A DNA stretch of 64,000 nucleotides from Fibrobacteria bacterium (lineage in GTDB: Bacteria > Fibrobacterota > Chitinivibrionia > Chitinivibrionales > FEN-1185): NCBI GenBank assembly GCA_037447435.1, contig JBBIGR010000004.1:32001-96000 (forward strand). Reading direction: 5' to 3'. This document shows, piece by piece, positions 38,568 through 47,691 of the stretch. Each line of letters starts with the position of its first letter. Within the stretch, counting starts at the first letter, position 1. Made by a program: the position numbers and the translations under genes. Below the pieces are notes generated by a model. That model was not told where the DNA came from and made no database searches. It saw only the letters and a list, made by a program, of their open reading frames with translations.

Positions 38568-40010
38568 TTACTGCCCGACGGTTATCCTGCGGGCAAGATC
38601 CAGCCCTGCCGGATTGGTAATGCGGAGAATGTACGCTCCTTTTGTTTTAACCATGTTTTGCAGGGGCAATGCATGGCGGCCTTTTGCATATGTCGACATC
38701 GGAAGCTGCCAAACCCGTTGCCCGCTGCAATTGAAAAGGCTTAGGGCAAGACTTTGGTCGGCATCGAGGTTAAAAACAACGGACTTCTTGACAACAAGGA
38801 TAGCGGACAGCGCCGGGTTCGTGCGACGGGCCGGAAGCCCTTTTTGCACGGCATCCACGCCGATTCGCCCGTTCAAATCGACCGGGTTTTTGAGCCATTG
38901 CACCAATTGCTGCGCTGTCACGAATCTGACATCGGGTTTGGTGAGCGCGTAGTTGATAAACGACTCAACAACGCCTTTTCGCTGCGCCTGGGTGATGAAC
39001 GGGATCGAATCCGAGGGATCGTCTGAGACGTATTCGTCGGGATGGAAATTGATCGTGATAGGGCATCGGTTTCCCAAAAAACGCTGGTCCAGGGAATATT
39101 TCAAGGTCGCGAGATATTCCTCGCTGTCCAATTGACAGCATTCGTCGTCGAAACTGTGTATAAGGTTATAATCGAACCCGGTCATTTTGCCGTTCGTCGT
39201 ATCAAACCAATCGATGCCTTTCAGAATTCGCCCTCTTACTCCGGGTTTGAATCCGTATTTGGCGGCAACCGAGTCCGGCGGAACCTCGTAATTGTAAACA
39301 GGGATTTCCCAGAGCCCCGGAGTTTTTCCGCACGTGGAATAGGTATACGTCGGATCTTCTTTGACCCATTCCAATTGAACCGCGTCCGAAGGGCTGCCGT
39401 TGTCCAGGGTGTAGGGCCAAAAAAAGCATGTTCCGTCCTGATCGTCTTCCACCCCTTCTTCTATACTGCAATCGTACAAATAGTTTCGAGCGGCAAGGAT
39501 CTGATAAGTAAACGCATTATACGAAAGCAGCGGGGTCCTGAACCCGACAAAAGTAGATCGGTCAAGTTGCATGGCCAATGCGGTCAGCGAATCGGATTTT
39601 GCAATGGTCTTCGTCCAATCCGCGAGGCTGCGTTTGTAGCCGTCGGTATAATGCGAAAACGTATGATTGCCGACCTCATTGCCATCTGCATAAACCCGTT
39701 TCCAGGCCGACACGCACGCCGAATCGGAATACGACGACCCGATCAAATAAAAACTCATCCGGACAAGGGCGCTGTCAAAGGTTTTCGCATTTCCTTTTCC
39801 CGCCGGATTGCGTTTGTTTTTTATGAAATTACTGATCCAATCCATGCCTTCGGGCATTGTATTGTCATCGGCACCCAGGACGATAAATACGGGAACCGAA
39901 TCTTTGGAAAGCCCTCCGGGAGGACCGGCAAACGGATTTGCAACGTCTATCGACCATGTTGTCCCGCACAGAGCAAAAACCAAAAAAAACATAAACAAAA
40001 GTCGTTTCAT
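38568..40010 (-). CDS. Secreted polysaccharide deacetylase (CE4-like) with T9SS-like C-terminal domain
   Basis: Signal peptide from ATG 40010; 'LGADDN', 'EVGNHTFSH', 'GFRTPLL', 'YDCSIEEG', 'FWPYTLD'; CTD 'LSLFNCSGQRV...GAYILRI'. Confidence 0.85.
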   Translation of the reverse strand: MKRLLFMFFLVFALCGTTWSIDVANPFAGPPGGLSKDSVPVFIVLGADDNTMPEGMDWISNFIKNKRNPAGKGNAKTFDSALVRMSFYLIGSSYSDSACVSAWKRVYADGNEVGNHTFSHYTDGYKRSLADWTKTIAKSDSLTALAMQLDRSTFVGFRTPLLSYNAFTYQILAARNYLYDCSIEEGVEDDQDGTCFFWPYTLDNGSPSDAVQLEWVKEDPTYTYSTCGKTPGLWEIPVYNYEVPPDSVAAKYGFKPGVRGRILKGIDWFDTTNGKMTGFDYNLIHSFDDECCQLDSEEYLATLKYSLDQRFLGNRCPITINFHPDEYVSDDPSDSIPFITQAQRKGVVESFINYALTKPDVRFVTAQQLVQWLKNPVDLNGRIGVDAVQKGLPARRTNPALSAILVVKKSVVFNLDADQSLALSLFNCSGQRVWQLPMSTYAKGRHALPLQNMVKTKGAYILRITNPAGLDLARRITVGQ

Positions 40011-40090
40011 TTTCCACAACCTTCTTTTTGAAAACGTGATTGTAATCCCGGTTAAAAATATGTCGGCACGTTCATTCTTGCAATGCCGGA

Positions 40091-40618
40091 TCATTCATCA
40101 CGAAGGGTTTTTACCAGGCGCGCACGGGCCAACTCCAATAATCTGAGAACCCCCGGCTCCTTATAATCCGGATAAGTCCATGAAAAAAACCTGAAATTTC
40201 CCTTCCGGTAATGAAGCGTGACTTCGCCGAATATACCCTGAGACAAATAAATTCTATGGTAAAAATCCTTCGTACTAGCCAAAATCAGTTTATCGCGGGT
40301 AATATATCCCGGATCAAGGTTTATCGTGCGTTTTCCATTTATTGCGTATCGTGCTTCAATTCCGTTGGTCACGTTTTTTATCGTCGATAACGCTTCCCTG
40401 TCTATATACTTTTCAAACACGCAATATGTTTTTTGCAGATCATTTCCCATTTCATTTTCGTAATATCCAGTATGATGAAACGGCACGGGACCGAATATTC
40501 TATCGACAGGACCGTACCTATCGGTGAGAAGCCTTACTACTTCGTCAAGTGGTACCGACCGCTGGAGCATAATTCCCATAAAAAGAACCGCGTTGTACGG
40601 CACGGACGCTTCACCCAT
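40091..40618 (-). CDS. DUF4416 family protein
   Basis: 'TGYYENEMG', 'RTINLDPGYI...ILASTKDFYHRIYL', 'WTYPDY'. Confidence 0.85.
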   Translation of the reverse strand: MGEASVPYNAVLFMGIMLQRSVPLDEVVRLLTDRYGPVDRIFGPVPFHHTGYYENEMGNDLQKTYCVFEKYIDREALSTIKNVTNGIEARYAINGKRTINLDPGYITRDKLILASTKDFYHRIYLSQGIFGEVTLHYRKGNFRFFSWTYPDYKEPGVLRLLELARARLVKTLRDE

Positions 40619-40761
40619 TTGTAAACTTCCTCAACCGGGAGAATTCATTTTTCCACAATTCGATTTTCATACCGATTTTGAATATATTTTATACGATTCA
40701 TATTCTGGATGCAATTTTTTAAAAATCATGGTATAGTTCAAAGAACAAAACCGGAGAAACG

Positions 40762-41124
40762 ATGCAATTTCTTTTGACCTTGCAAAAGAAAAACGATCAT
40801 ACGGTGTTTAACCTTGCCGGCGATCTGAATTACGAAGGCGCCTGCAAGCTTAAAAACACGTTCAACGAGGTTCTGGCCGGCGGAGAAGTACATTTTGTTC
40901 TTGATTTGACCGGGCTTAAAATTATTTCAAGTTATGCCTTGTCTACTATTCTGAAATTATCGTATATGGCAAAAAAAATGGACGGTTCGGTCAACATCAT
41001 CTGTGGGCAGGGAAATGTGTGGGATGTATTTTATGTGCTCGAAGTCGGTAAAGTCATCCCGGTATTCGAATCAATCGAAGCATTTTTGGCTTCTAAATCA
41101 AACGCCGGAACATCATCGCAGTAG
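40762..41124 (+). CDS. STAS domain protein (anti-sigma factor antagonist-like)
   Basis: 'VFNLAGDLN...FVLDLTGLKIISSYAL...VWDVFYVL...VFESIEAFL'; GGAGA RBS. Confidence 0.85.
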   Translation: MQFLLTLQKKNDHTVFNLAGDLNYEGACKLKNTFNEVLAGGEVHFVLDLTGLKIISSYALSTILKLSYMAKKMDGSVNIICGQGNVWDVFYVLEVGKVIPVFESIEAFLASKSNAGTSSQ

Positions 41125-41148
41125 AATTATAGTAAAGGATATTATCGG

Positions 41149-42486
41149 GTGGCACGCTCATTAAGTTTTTCAGGAGGAATTTTTCCTCCAAAAAATCTTC
41201 AGAATCCTGAATCCCTTGTTGTCGAGGAACTTTCGCAACCGCCTCGCATTTATTTGCCGTTATTACAACATTCCGGCGCAATTGCAAATGCCGTAGTAAA
41301 ACGCGGGGACCGGGTACGCAGAGGCCAAATTATCGGCGAAATATCCCAAAACCTTTCCGCGGCAATTCACAGTCCTATTTCCGGATCTGTTTCGGCAATA
41401 ACGCCGGTTCAGCATCCGAGCGGAAAACAGGTACTCGGCATCGAAATCGAAAACGACGGTGAAAACACACCTTTCGAAATGACCGGTATGTCAACGCCGT
41501 GGAAAGAAGCAGCACCGCAGGAAATTATTCAGAAAATTCTTTCATGCGGCATCGTCGGCATGGATAATGACGGTTTTCCCATCCACGTAAAACTTTCGCC
41601 CCCTGCCGACAAAGCGATCGATACCCTTTGCATCGACGCGACCCAAAACGAACCGTATGTTGCAAGCGACCTGCCGTTGCTTATCGAGAAAACGGAAGAC
41701 ATTCTAACCGGCGTTCTTATTGCGAAAAAAGTGCTCGGCGCAACAAAGACGATTTGTGCTGCGATGTTCGAAAATACAAGCATGGTCGATGCCTTGAAAA
41801 AAGCGCTTGAAGACGTTCGGTTTAAAGATATTCAGCTCGTGCTCACAAAATCAAAGTATCCCCAGGGTGCTGAAAAAATACTGGTTAAAACGCTTACAAA
41901 ACGAGAAACCCCGATCGGCGGTTCTCCCCTCGATATAGGATGCGTCGTATTGAATGTTTCAACCTGTTATGCAATATTTAATGCCGTTTGCAATGGGATT
42001 CCACTGTATCAAAGGATTGTGACCGTTGCAGGCCCCTGCGTAAAAACCCCAAAAAATCTGCTCGTACCGTTCGGTACGCCGATTTCGTACCTGCTGCGGC
42101 ATTGCGACACCGATATGGCGCGTGTTAAAAAAGTCATTGTCGGCGGACCTCTTCGAGGCCTCGCGCAAGCGGAGGTCGACGTGCCGATCATTAAAACAAG
42201 CACTGCGGTTTTAGCGTTCGATACCTTGACAGAGGGGATCAAACGATTCGATTGCATAAGCTGCGGCAGATGCGTCCGCGTGTGCCCCATGAGGCTCACG
42301 CCGTGTTACCTAATGAAATTTGTCAATATGGATAAAAACGCCGAAGCGATAAACTGGGGTGTTCAAGATTGTATAGAATGCGGCTCATGCTCGTTTGTGT
42401 GCCCGTCAAAAATCAACCTTGTCCATTTCATTAAATTAGGAAAATATCGGGCAGAATCCACTACCTCTACGGTAAAAAAGAATTGA
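41149..42486 (+). CDS. rnfC: Rnf complex subunit C, with divergent FMN/NAD motifs
   Basis: 'SFSGGIFPP', 'LPLLQHSGA', 'IHSPISG', 'KYPQGAEK', 'RIVTVAG', two CxxCxxCxxxCP motifs. Confidence 0.92.
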   Translation: MARSLSFSGGIFPPKNLQNPESLVVEELSQPPRIYLPLLQHSGAIANAVVKRGDRVRRGQIIGEISQNLSAAIHSPISGSVSAITPVQHPSGKQVLGIEIENDGENTPFEMTGMSTPWKEAAPQEIIQKILSCGIVGMDNDGFPIHVKLSPPADKAIDTLCIDATQNEPYVASDLPLLIEKTEDILTGVLIAKKVLGATKTICAAMFENTSMVDALKKALEDVRFKDIQLVLTKSKYPQGAEKILVKTLTKRETPIGGSPLDIGCVVLNVSTCYAIFNAVCNGIPLYQRIVTVAGPCVKTPKNLLVPFGTPISYLLRHCDTDMARVKKVIVGGPLRGLAQAEVDVPIIKTSTAVLAFDTLTEGIKRFDCISCGRCVRVCPMRLTPCYLMKFVNMDKNAEAINWGVQDCIECGSCSFVCPSKINLVHFIKLGKYRAESTTSTVKKN

Positions 42487-42491
42487 ATACC

Positions 42492-43538
42492 ATGACAGAT
42501 TCAAACACAACATTGGACAATTCCGGCGCCTTGCTTCACCTTTCAACGAGCCCGCATATCCGACATACCGAAGCGGTCGGTTCCATCATGCTGTCGCTTG
42601 TTTTGGCGCTTATCCCGGCCTGCATCGCCGCATTTTTCATTTTTGGGATATCGGCTTTTTTGGTTATCGGCGTGACCATCGTCGCCAGCGTGGGCACCGA
42701 AAGCGTCATTCAATGGCTTACAAAAAAGAAACAATCGATACGCGATTTAAGCGCCGTGGCAACGGGATTGCTTTTGGCGCTGACGTTGCCGCCGCATTGC
42801 CCCCTCTGGATAGCGGCAATCGGCGCCGTTTTCGCAATCGCGCTCGTTAAAATGCCGTTCGGCGGCCTCGGACATTCGCTTGTCAATCCTGCGTTGGCAG
42901 GCCGGACGTTTTTGCTGCTATCGTTTCCTGCGGCGCTTACGAAGTATACGGCACCGTTGCACGGATCGATTTTCGGCTTGCCGCATCCGCTCGACGGCGT
43001 CACCGCGGCAACCCCTTTGGTCTACTACAAAAACGCGCTTTTAACGGGCGTTTTCAACCCTCTTGATCTGCAGGACACGTTGCCGAATTTATTTTGGGGC
43101 AACGTCGGCGGGAGTCTCGGGGCAACGTCGACGGTGGCCCTGTTCGTCGGCGCGATGTTTCTCTTCTATAAAGGCATCATCCGATTCAGGATTTCATTGT
43201 CGTTCATCGGAACCGTATTTCTCCTTTTCTGGATTTTCAATAAAACCGGCGGTTTTTTCACGACCGAAGCATTGATCGTCCCGATGTATCAAATCATGTC
43301 GGGCGGATTGATACTGGGCGCTTTTTTTATGGCAACCGACCCGGTTACCTCTGCCGTCACCCAAAACGGGAAATTCCTCTTCGGGATCGGATGCGGAGTC
43401 CTGACATTCCTTTTTCGATCCTTCGGCAGTTTTCCCGAAGGCGTCGGATTTGCCATTTTGCTCATGAATATCTGTGTGCCCCTCATAGACCGGTTTTCCA
43501 GACCCAAACGTTTCGGCGAGGTAAAAAAACATGAATGA
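42492..43538 (+). CDS. rnfD: Rnf complex subunit D
   Basis: 'SPHIR', 'DLSAVATGLLLALTLPP', 'KMPFGGLG...NPALAGR', FMN-Thr motif 'DGVTAATPL', 'AFFMATDPVTS', 'PEGVGFAILLMN'. Alternative TTG start at 42483. Confidence 0.95.
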   Translation: MTDSNTTLDNSGALLHLSTSPHIRHTEAVGSIMLSLVLALIPACIAAFFIFGISAFLVIGVTIVASVGTESVIQWLTKKKQSIRDLSAVATGLLLALTLPPHCPLWIAAIGAVFAIALVKMPFGGLGHSLVNPALAGRTFLLLSFPAALTKYTAPLHGSIFGLPHPLDGVTAATPLVYYKNALLTGVFNPLDLQDTLPNLFWGNVGGSLGATSTVALFVGAMFLFYKGIIRFRISLSFIGTVFLLFWIFNKTGGFFTTEALIVPMYQIMSGGLILGAFFMATDPVTSAVTQNGKFLFGIGCGVLTFLFRSFGSFPEGVGFAILLMNICVPLIDRFSRPKRFGEVKKHE

Positions 43539-43722
43539 CGTCGTTAAATCGATACTTTCGATTTCGTTCATCGCCATGGTGTGCGGTCTCATTGCCGCTC
43601 TGTCATTTAATTCCGTCAAACCGGACCCGGTATTTTGCATCGGCAATTACAATGCGCATGTAACGCCCTCATTCACCTTGGATTCCACACCGCCTCAAGC
43701 AGGCATGGGAGCATCGCAATGA
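43531..43722 (+). CDS. Truncated RnfG-like membrane peptide (63 aa, no FMN-binding domain)
   Basis: Occupies the rnfG position; 'MNDVVKSILSISFIAMVCGLIAALSFNSVKP' resembles the RnfG N-terminal anchor; overlaps the rnfD end and the rnfE start. Confidence 0.6.
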   Translation: MNDVVKSILSISFIAMVCGLIAALSFNSVKPDPVFCIGNYNAHVTPSFTLDSTPPQAGMGASQ

Positions 43723-44309
43723 AAAGCGATTTGAAAGATTGGTTTGTCAATAAAAACCCCGTGTTTACCATGGCCATGGGACTGTGTCCGGCAATTGCGG
43801 TCACGACGAATTTGAAGAATGCCGCAGGAATGGGGTTTTGCACGCTCTGTGTGCTCGTCGCGTCGAACGCTACCGTATCAATCGCCAGGAAATGGATCCA
43901 TTATAAGGTCCGGATTCCCTGCTATTTGCTCATCATTTCAATGTGGGTTACGATTGCCGATATTATCCTGAGCGCAAATTTCCCGGTGCTGCGCCAAAAT
44001 CTTGGAATTTTCATTCCGCTTATTGCGGTCAATTGCATAATTCTCAACCGATCCGATTCATTTGCATCCAAAAACAAACTGAAAGACTCGATATTCGACG
44101 CATTAAGCACGGGTTTCGGTTTTTTTCTGGTCCTTGCCATATGCGGTTTCATCCGCGAACTGGTAGGATCGAATAAAATCTTGGGACTTACGAGCATAGG
44201 GCATTTTCAAGGAATTCAGGCATTTTCCTATGCATGCGGGGGCTTTTTCTGCTTTGCATTGCTTTTTGCGGCGCTAAATGCCTACAGAACGGCGGGTAAA
44301 CACCAATGA
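43719..44309 (+). CDS. rnfE: Rnf complex subunit E
   Basis: 'NPVFTMAMGLCPAIAVTT', 'VRIPCY', 'LGIFIPLIAVNCIILNR...FASKN', 'GFIRELVG'; ATG 43719. Confidence 0.93.
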   Translation: MKSDLKDWFVNKNPVFTMAMGLCPAIAVTTNLKNAAGMGFCTLCVLVASNATVSIARKWIHYKVRIPCYLLIISMWVTIADIILSANFPVLRQNLGIFIPLIAVNCIILNRSDSFASKNKLKDSIFDALSTGFGFFLVLAICGFIRELVGSNKILGLTSIGHFQGIQAFSYACGGFFCFALLFAALNAYRTAGKHQ

Positions 44310-44929
44310 TTCCATTTCAATCCGTTTTAGAAACCTTCGTTTCTTCGATGCTTGTCAACAACATCGTTTTTATCCTGATGATCGGGGTTTGTCCCTTTTG
44401 CGCCCTGCCGAAAAAAATGTCGCAATCGCTGGGAATGGGATTCACGGTTGTCGGCGTCATGGCCGTCGCCGGTGCTGTCGGTTACGCACTGAACCGGTAT
44501 ATTCTAATGCGCAACAATCTGTTTTATCTTCAGACAATGGTCTTTATCCTGGTCATCGTCATTATCGTACAGCTCATCGAATTACTGGTCGAAAAATTCT
44601 GGCCGTCGGCATACGAATCGATCAGTTCGTTTCTCCCTTCGATTACGACGAATTGCGCGGTACTTGCGGTATGCATCATGGCGTGCAACACATTGTCGAA
44701 CCATAATCAGGCATCCTCGTTCGCAAAATCGACCGTTGTCAACATCGGTTGCGGATTCGGGTATTTACTCGCCGTTATTCTGATGGCGGGCATCAAACGA
44801 AAACTCGAAATGACCGAAATTCCAAGGCCGTTCAAAGGCCTCCCTATCGCCCTGCTGTCCGCAGGACTGGTATCCATGGCTTTTATCGGTTTTTCCGGAT
44901 TCACTTTTACCACACTGTTCGGAGGATAA
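44306..44929 (+). CDS. rnfA: Rnf complex subunit A
   Basis: 'LVNNIVF...GVCPF', 'YLQTMVFILVI', 'FLPSITTNCAVL', 'IPRPFKGLPIALLSAGLVSMAFIGFSG'. Confidence 0.93.
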   Translation: MIPFQSVLETFVSSMLVNNIVFILMIGVCPFCALPKKMSQSLGMGFTVVGVMAVAGAVGYALNRYILMRNNLFYLQTMVFILVIVIIVQLIELLVEKFWPSAYESISSFLPSITTNCAVLAVCIMACNTLSNHNQASSFAKSTVVNIGCGFGYLLAVILMAGIKRKLEMTEIPRPFKGLPIALLSAGLVSMAFIGFSGFTFTTLFGG

Positions 44930-44933
44930 CGCT

Positions 44934-45953
44934 TTGGGCATTTTTCTCCCCATTGTTTGTTTGGGATTGTTAGGGCTTGCTTTCGGGCTCTTGGTTTCAA
45001 TTACAACTAAACGAGTATCGGTTTTCTCAAATCACACCATTCAAAAAATCAAAGACGCTCTCCCTAATGTCAATTGCGGGGTTTGCGGATATGCGACCTG
45101 TGCCGCATTTGCAAAAGCCGTTGCCGAAGGAAAGAAAGAACCCACGGGATGCATACCCGGAGGCGCCAAAAGCGCGCATGCTATCGGCGATATTCTCGGT
45201 ATCACCGTCACCCTTTCCGAACCGCATATGGCCATTGTAAAATGCAAAGGCGGCGATAAAGAAGCCGCAATGCGCTGCGTATACGATGGAATTCACGACT
45301 GTCATGCGGCAATTTTGGCGGGAAACGGTCCCAAAACCTGCGTCGACGGCTGCTTAGGACTCGGCAGTTGCGTCAAGGCATGTCCCTTTAACGCGCTCTC
45401 CATCAACGAAAACAATGTCGCTGTTGTAAACCCCGACGCCTGTACCGGATGCGGTGCGTGCGTCTCGGTATGTCCGCGCGGCATCATAGATCTCATCCCC
45501 ACGGTACACAAAATCTACCTCGCCTGCTCGAACCACGACCGCGGCGCCAGGGTAAAGAAATATTGCGAAGTCGGATGCACGTCGTGCACGCTTTGCGTCA
45601 AATCGACGCCGTCGGACGCGATCACGATGGTAAACAATCTCCCTGTTCTCAATTATAAAGCTTTGGAAAACTTCGTCGTTGCGGCGTATTCATGCCCGTC
45701 GCATTGTTTTGTGGACCTCGTTAAACATCGTCCCAAAGTGAATATCGATGCAAAATGCGACGGTTGCACGTTGTGCGTGAGCTCATGCCCCACAACGGCG
45801 ATATCCGGAGAAAAAGGCATGCGCCACGTGGTAAACAAAGAAAAATGTATCGGATGCGGGTTATGTTTAAACCGATGCCCGGTCCACGCGATTGCCATGT
45901 GGGGCGGACTCGGTTATGCCGAAGGCAGCAGAAAACGACGAGCCCGTATCTGA
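44934..45953 (+). CDS. rnfB: Rnf complex subunit B (polyferredoxin type)
   Basis: N-terminal TM; 'LPNVNCGVCGYATC...CIPGG'; several CxxCxxCxxxCP motifs; TTG start after GGAGG. Confidence 0.93.
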   Translation: MGIFLPIVCLGLLGLAFGLLVSITTKRVSVFSNHTIQKIKDALPNVNCGVCGYATCAAFAKAVAEGKKEPTGCIPGGAKSAHAIGDILGITVTLSEPHMAIVKCKGGDKEAAMRCVYDGIHDCHAAILAGNGPKTCVDGCLGLGSCVKACPFNALSINENNVAVVNPDACTGCGACVSVCPRGIIDLIPTVHKIYLACSNHDRGARVKKYCEVGCTSCTLCVKSTPSDAITMVNNLPVLNYKALENFVVAAYSCPSHCFVDLVKHRPKVNIDAKCDGCTLCVSSCPTTAISGEKGMRHVVNKEKCIGCGLCLNRCPVHAIAMWGGLGYAEGSRKRRARI

Positions 45954-45970
45954 TCGATCGAGGAAAAACT

Positions 45971-47212
45971 TTACCCGGCAATCCCCTTTTTTCTGAGAAT
46001 ATCCCCGCAGCAAAGAGCGGGTTCCGTTTTGCAATATACAAGCCTGTTTGTTTTTGCACAGCCGATACGGTTGCCGTTTGCGTCGCGCAAATCAACAACG
46101 GTGGCGTCAAACGGTTCCGATCCGATTTTTCCCGGTAAAACCGATACGGTGTCTTCGAGGTTAAACGGATTCTTCACGTCGACGATAGGCCCCTTTTCCC
46201 CTTGTATTTCACGGACCACGCCGACGACCCTGTAGTCTTTTCCAAGGCGCTCGTTGCGTATGTCCTGTAAAATCATTTCCGTTCCGTAAAATCCGGTCGT
46301 GTACGGTCTGTGGTCCAATCGTTCCAATTCCTCTTTCCACGACGCTTTAACGGAATATTCTGTTCGGTTCATTTGCATACTGTCTAATGCGGCCCGGTAC
46401 ACCGAAACGACCGATGAGACATAATGGACACTGCGGTTACGGCCTTCTATTTTCAACGAAGAAACGCCGCTTTCGACAATGCGATCGAGAATCGGCAATG
46501 CATTCAGATCTTTGGAATTCAATACATACGCGGTTTTTTCATCGATGTATTCCTCTATTGTCAAAAATTCCTCCGAGGGCGGGCCCGATTGAAACACGGG
46601 CGCTATTGAATATTGCAAACGGCACGGTTGCGGGCAATCGCCGAAATTGGGGTGGCGCATTCCCCTGTACGCACCGAGCAAACAACGCCCCGATACGGAT
46701 ACGCACATGGCGCCGTGGACGAAAACTTCGGTCTCTACCCCCGATTGCTTAGTAAGAAAGGCGATCTGCGCCACGGTCAATTCTCTGGGCAAAATGACCC
46801 TGCGTATCCCCTGCGCGGCCCAAAACCGCGCGCTTTCGGCATTGAAAGTGCCGGTCTGCGTACTTAAATGTAAAGGAATATCGGTATGTTTTTTACAAAG
46901 GGAAAACACGCCCGGGTCGCTGACGATATAAGCATCGACGCGATGGGGCAGTTTGTGGATTGCCTGCACGATTGCCGCAACGTCGCATAGCATATCGTCG
47001 CTCGGCATCACATTGAGGGCGCCGTACACTTTTTTTCCTTTGTCATGAGCCATGCTGCAAAGGTCCGCAATTTCCGATGCGGAAAAATTGATACTGTGTG
47101 CGCGCAAATTTAAATTGCCGCAACCGGCATATACGGCATCCGCGCCATGGTCGAACGCAGCTTGCGCAACGCTGAAGGAAGCCGCGGGTGCCAACAATTC
47201 GGGTAGTTTCAT
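45971..47212 (-). CDS. Peptidase U32 family protein (TrhP-like Fe-S hydroxylation protein)
   Basis: 'PELLAPA', 'GADAVYAG', 'LHLSTQ', 'EVFVHGAMCVSVSGRC...CPQPCR', 'SLKIEGR'. Confidence 0.9.
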   Translation of the reverse strand: MKLPELLAPAASFSVAQAAFDHGADAVYAGCGNLNLRAHSINFSASEIADLCSMAHDKGKKVYGALNVMPSDDMLCDVAAIVQAIHKLPHRVDAYIVSDPGVFSLCKKHTDIPLHLSTQTGTFNAESARFWAAQGIRRVILPRELTVAQIAFLTKQSGVETEVFVHGAMCVSVSGRCLLGAYRGMRHPNFGDCPQPCRLQYSIAPVFQSGPPSEEFLTIEEYIDEKTAYVLNSKDLNALPILDRIVESGVSSLKIEGRNRSVHYVSSVVSVYRAALDSMQMNRTEYSVKASWKEELERLDHRPYTTGFYGTEMILQDIRNERLGKDYRVVGVVREIQGEKGPIVDVKNPFNLEDTVSVLPGKIGSEPFDATVVDLRDANGNRIGCAKTNRLVYCKTEPALCCGDILRKKGIAG

Positions 47213-47220
47213 TGGGATTA

Positions 47221-47679
47221 TTATTCTTTTGATTTTACCGTATTGGAAGCGGTTGCCGAATCTTTTGCTTGGGGCTTTTTAAGCATATCGAGGATGCCCT
47301 GTTCATAGGCGGCTTTTTCACGCAAACCAAGTAAGAATAAAACCACGGCCTTGTCTTTAATGAAAAATACGGCCGGAATCGAGGAAACGCGGAAATAGGT
47401 GGCCAATTTCCGGTTTCTATCGATATCCACTTTCATGATTTTTATTTTACCCGTATATTTTTTTTTCAATTCATCAATCGTCGGACTGAGCATTTTGCAC
47501 GGCATACACCAGGTTGCGGAAAAATCGATAATGACCGGGACCGGCGATTTGATGATCATATCGGCAATGAGGTCGGAAGAATCCATGGGTATTTGTCCGC
47601 CTGCTTCGGGAGGCGGATTCTGGGCATTTCCAAGTGATAAAAAGCAAAACAGGAAAAGGATTATCGTTTTAAATTTCAT
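47221..47679 (-). CDS. Thioredoxin with N-terminal signal peptide
   Basis: 'VIIDFSATWCMPCKMLSP', 'KVDID', 'SSIP'; leader 'MKFKTIILFLFCFLSLGNA'. Confidence 0.88.
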   Translation of the reverse strand: MKFKTIILFLFCFLSLGNAQNPPPEAGGQIPMDSSDLIADMIIKSPVPVIIDFSATWCMPCKMLSPTIDELKKKYTGKIKIMKVDIDRNRKLATYFRVSSIPAVFFIKDKAVVLFLLGLREKAAYEQGILDMLKKPQAKDSATASNTVKSKE

Positions 47680-47691
47680 TTCGACTCCGTA

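Noticed and set aside
39042..40031. 329 aa plus-strand ORF
   Set aside because: Antisense shadow of the polysaccharide deacetylase.
43531..43722. Frameshifted full-length rnfG
   Set aside because: The interval is too short to encode the FMN domain in any combination of frames.
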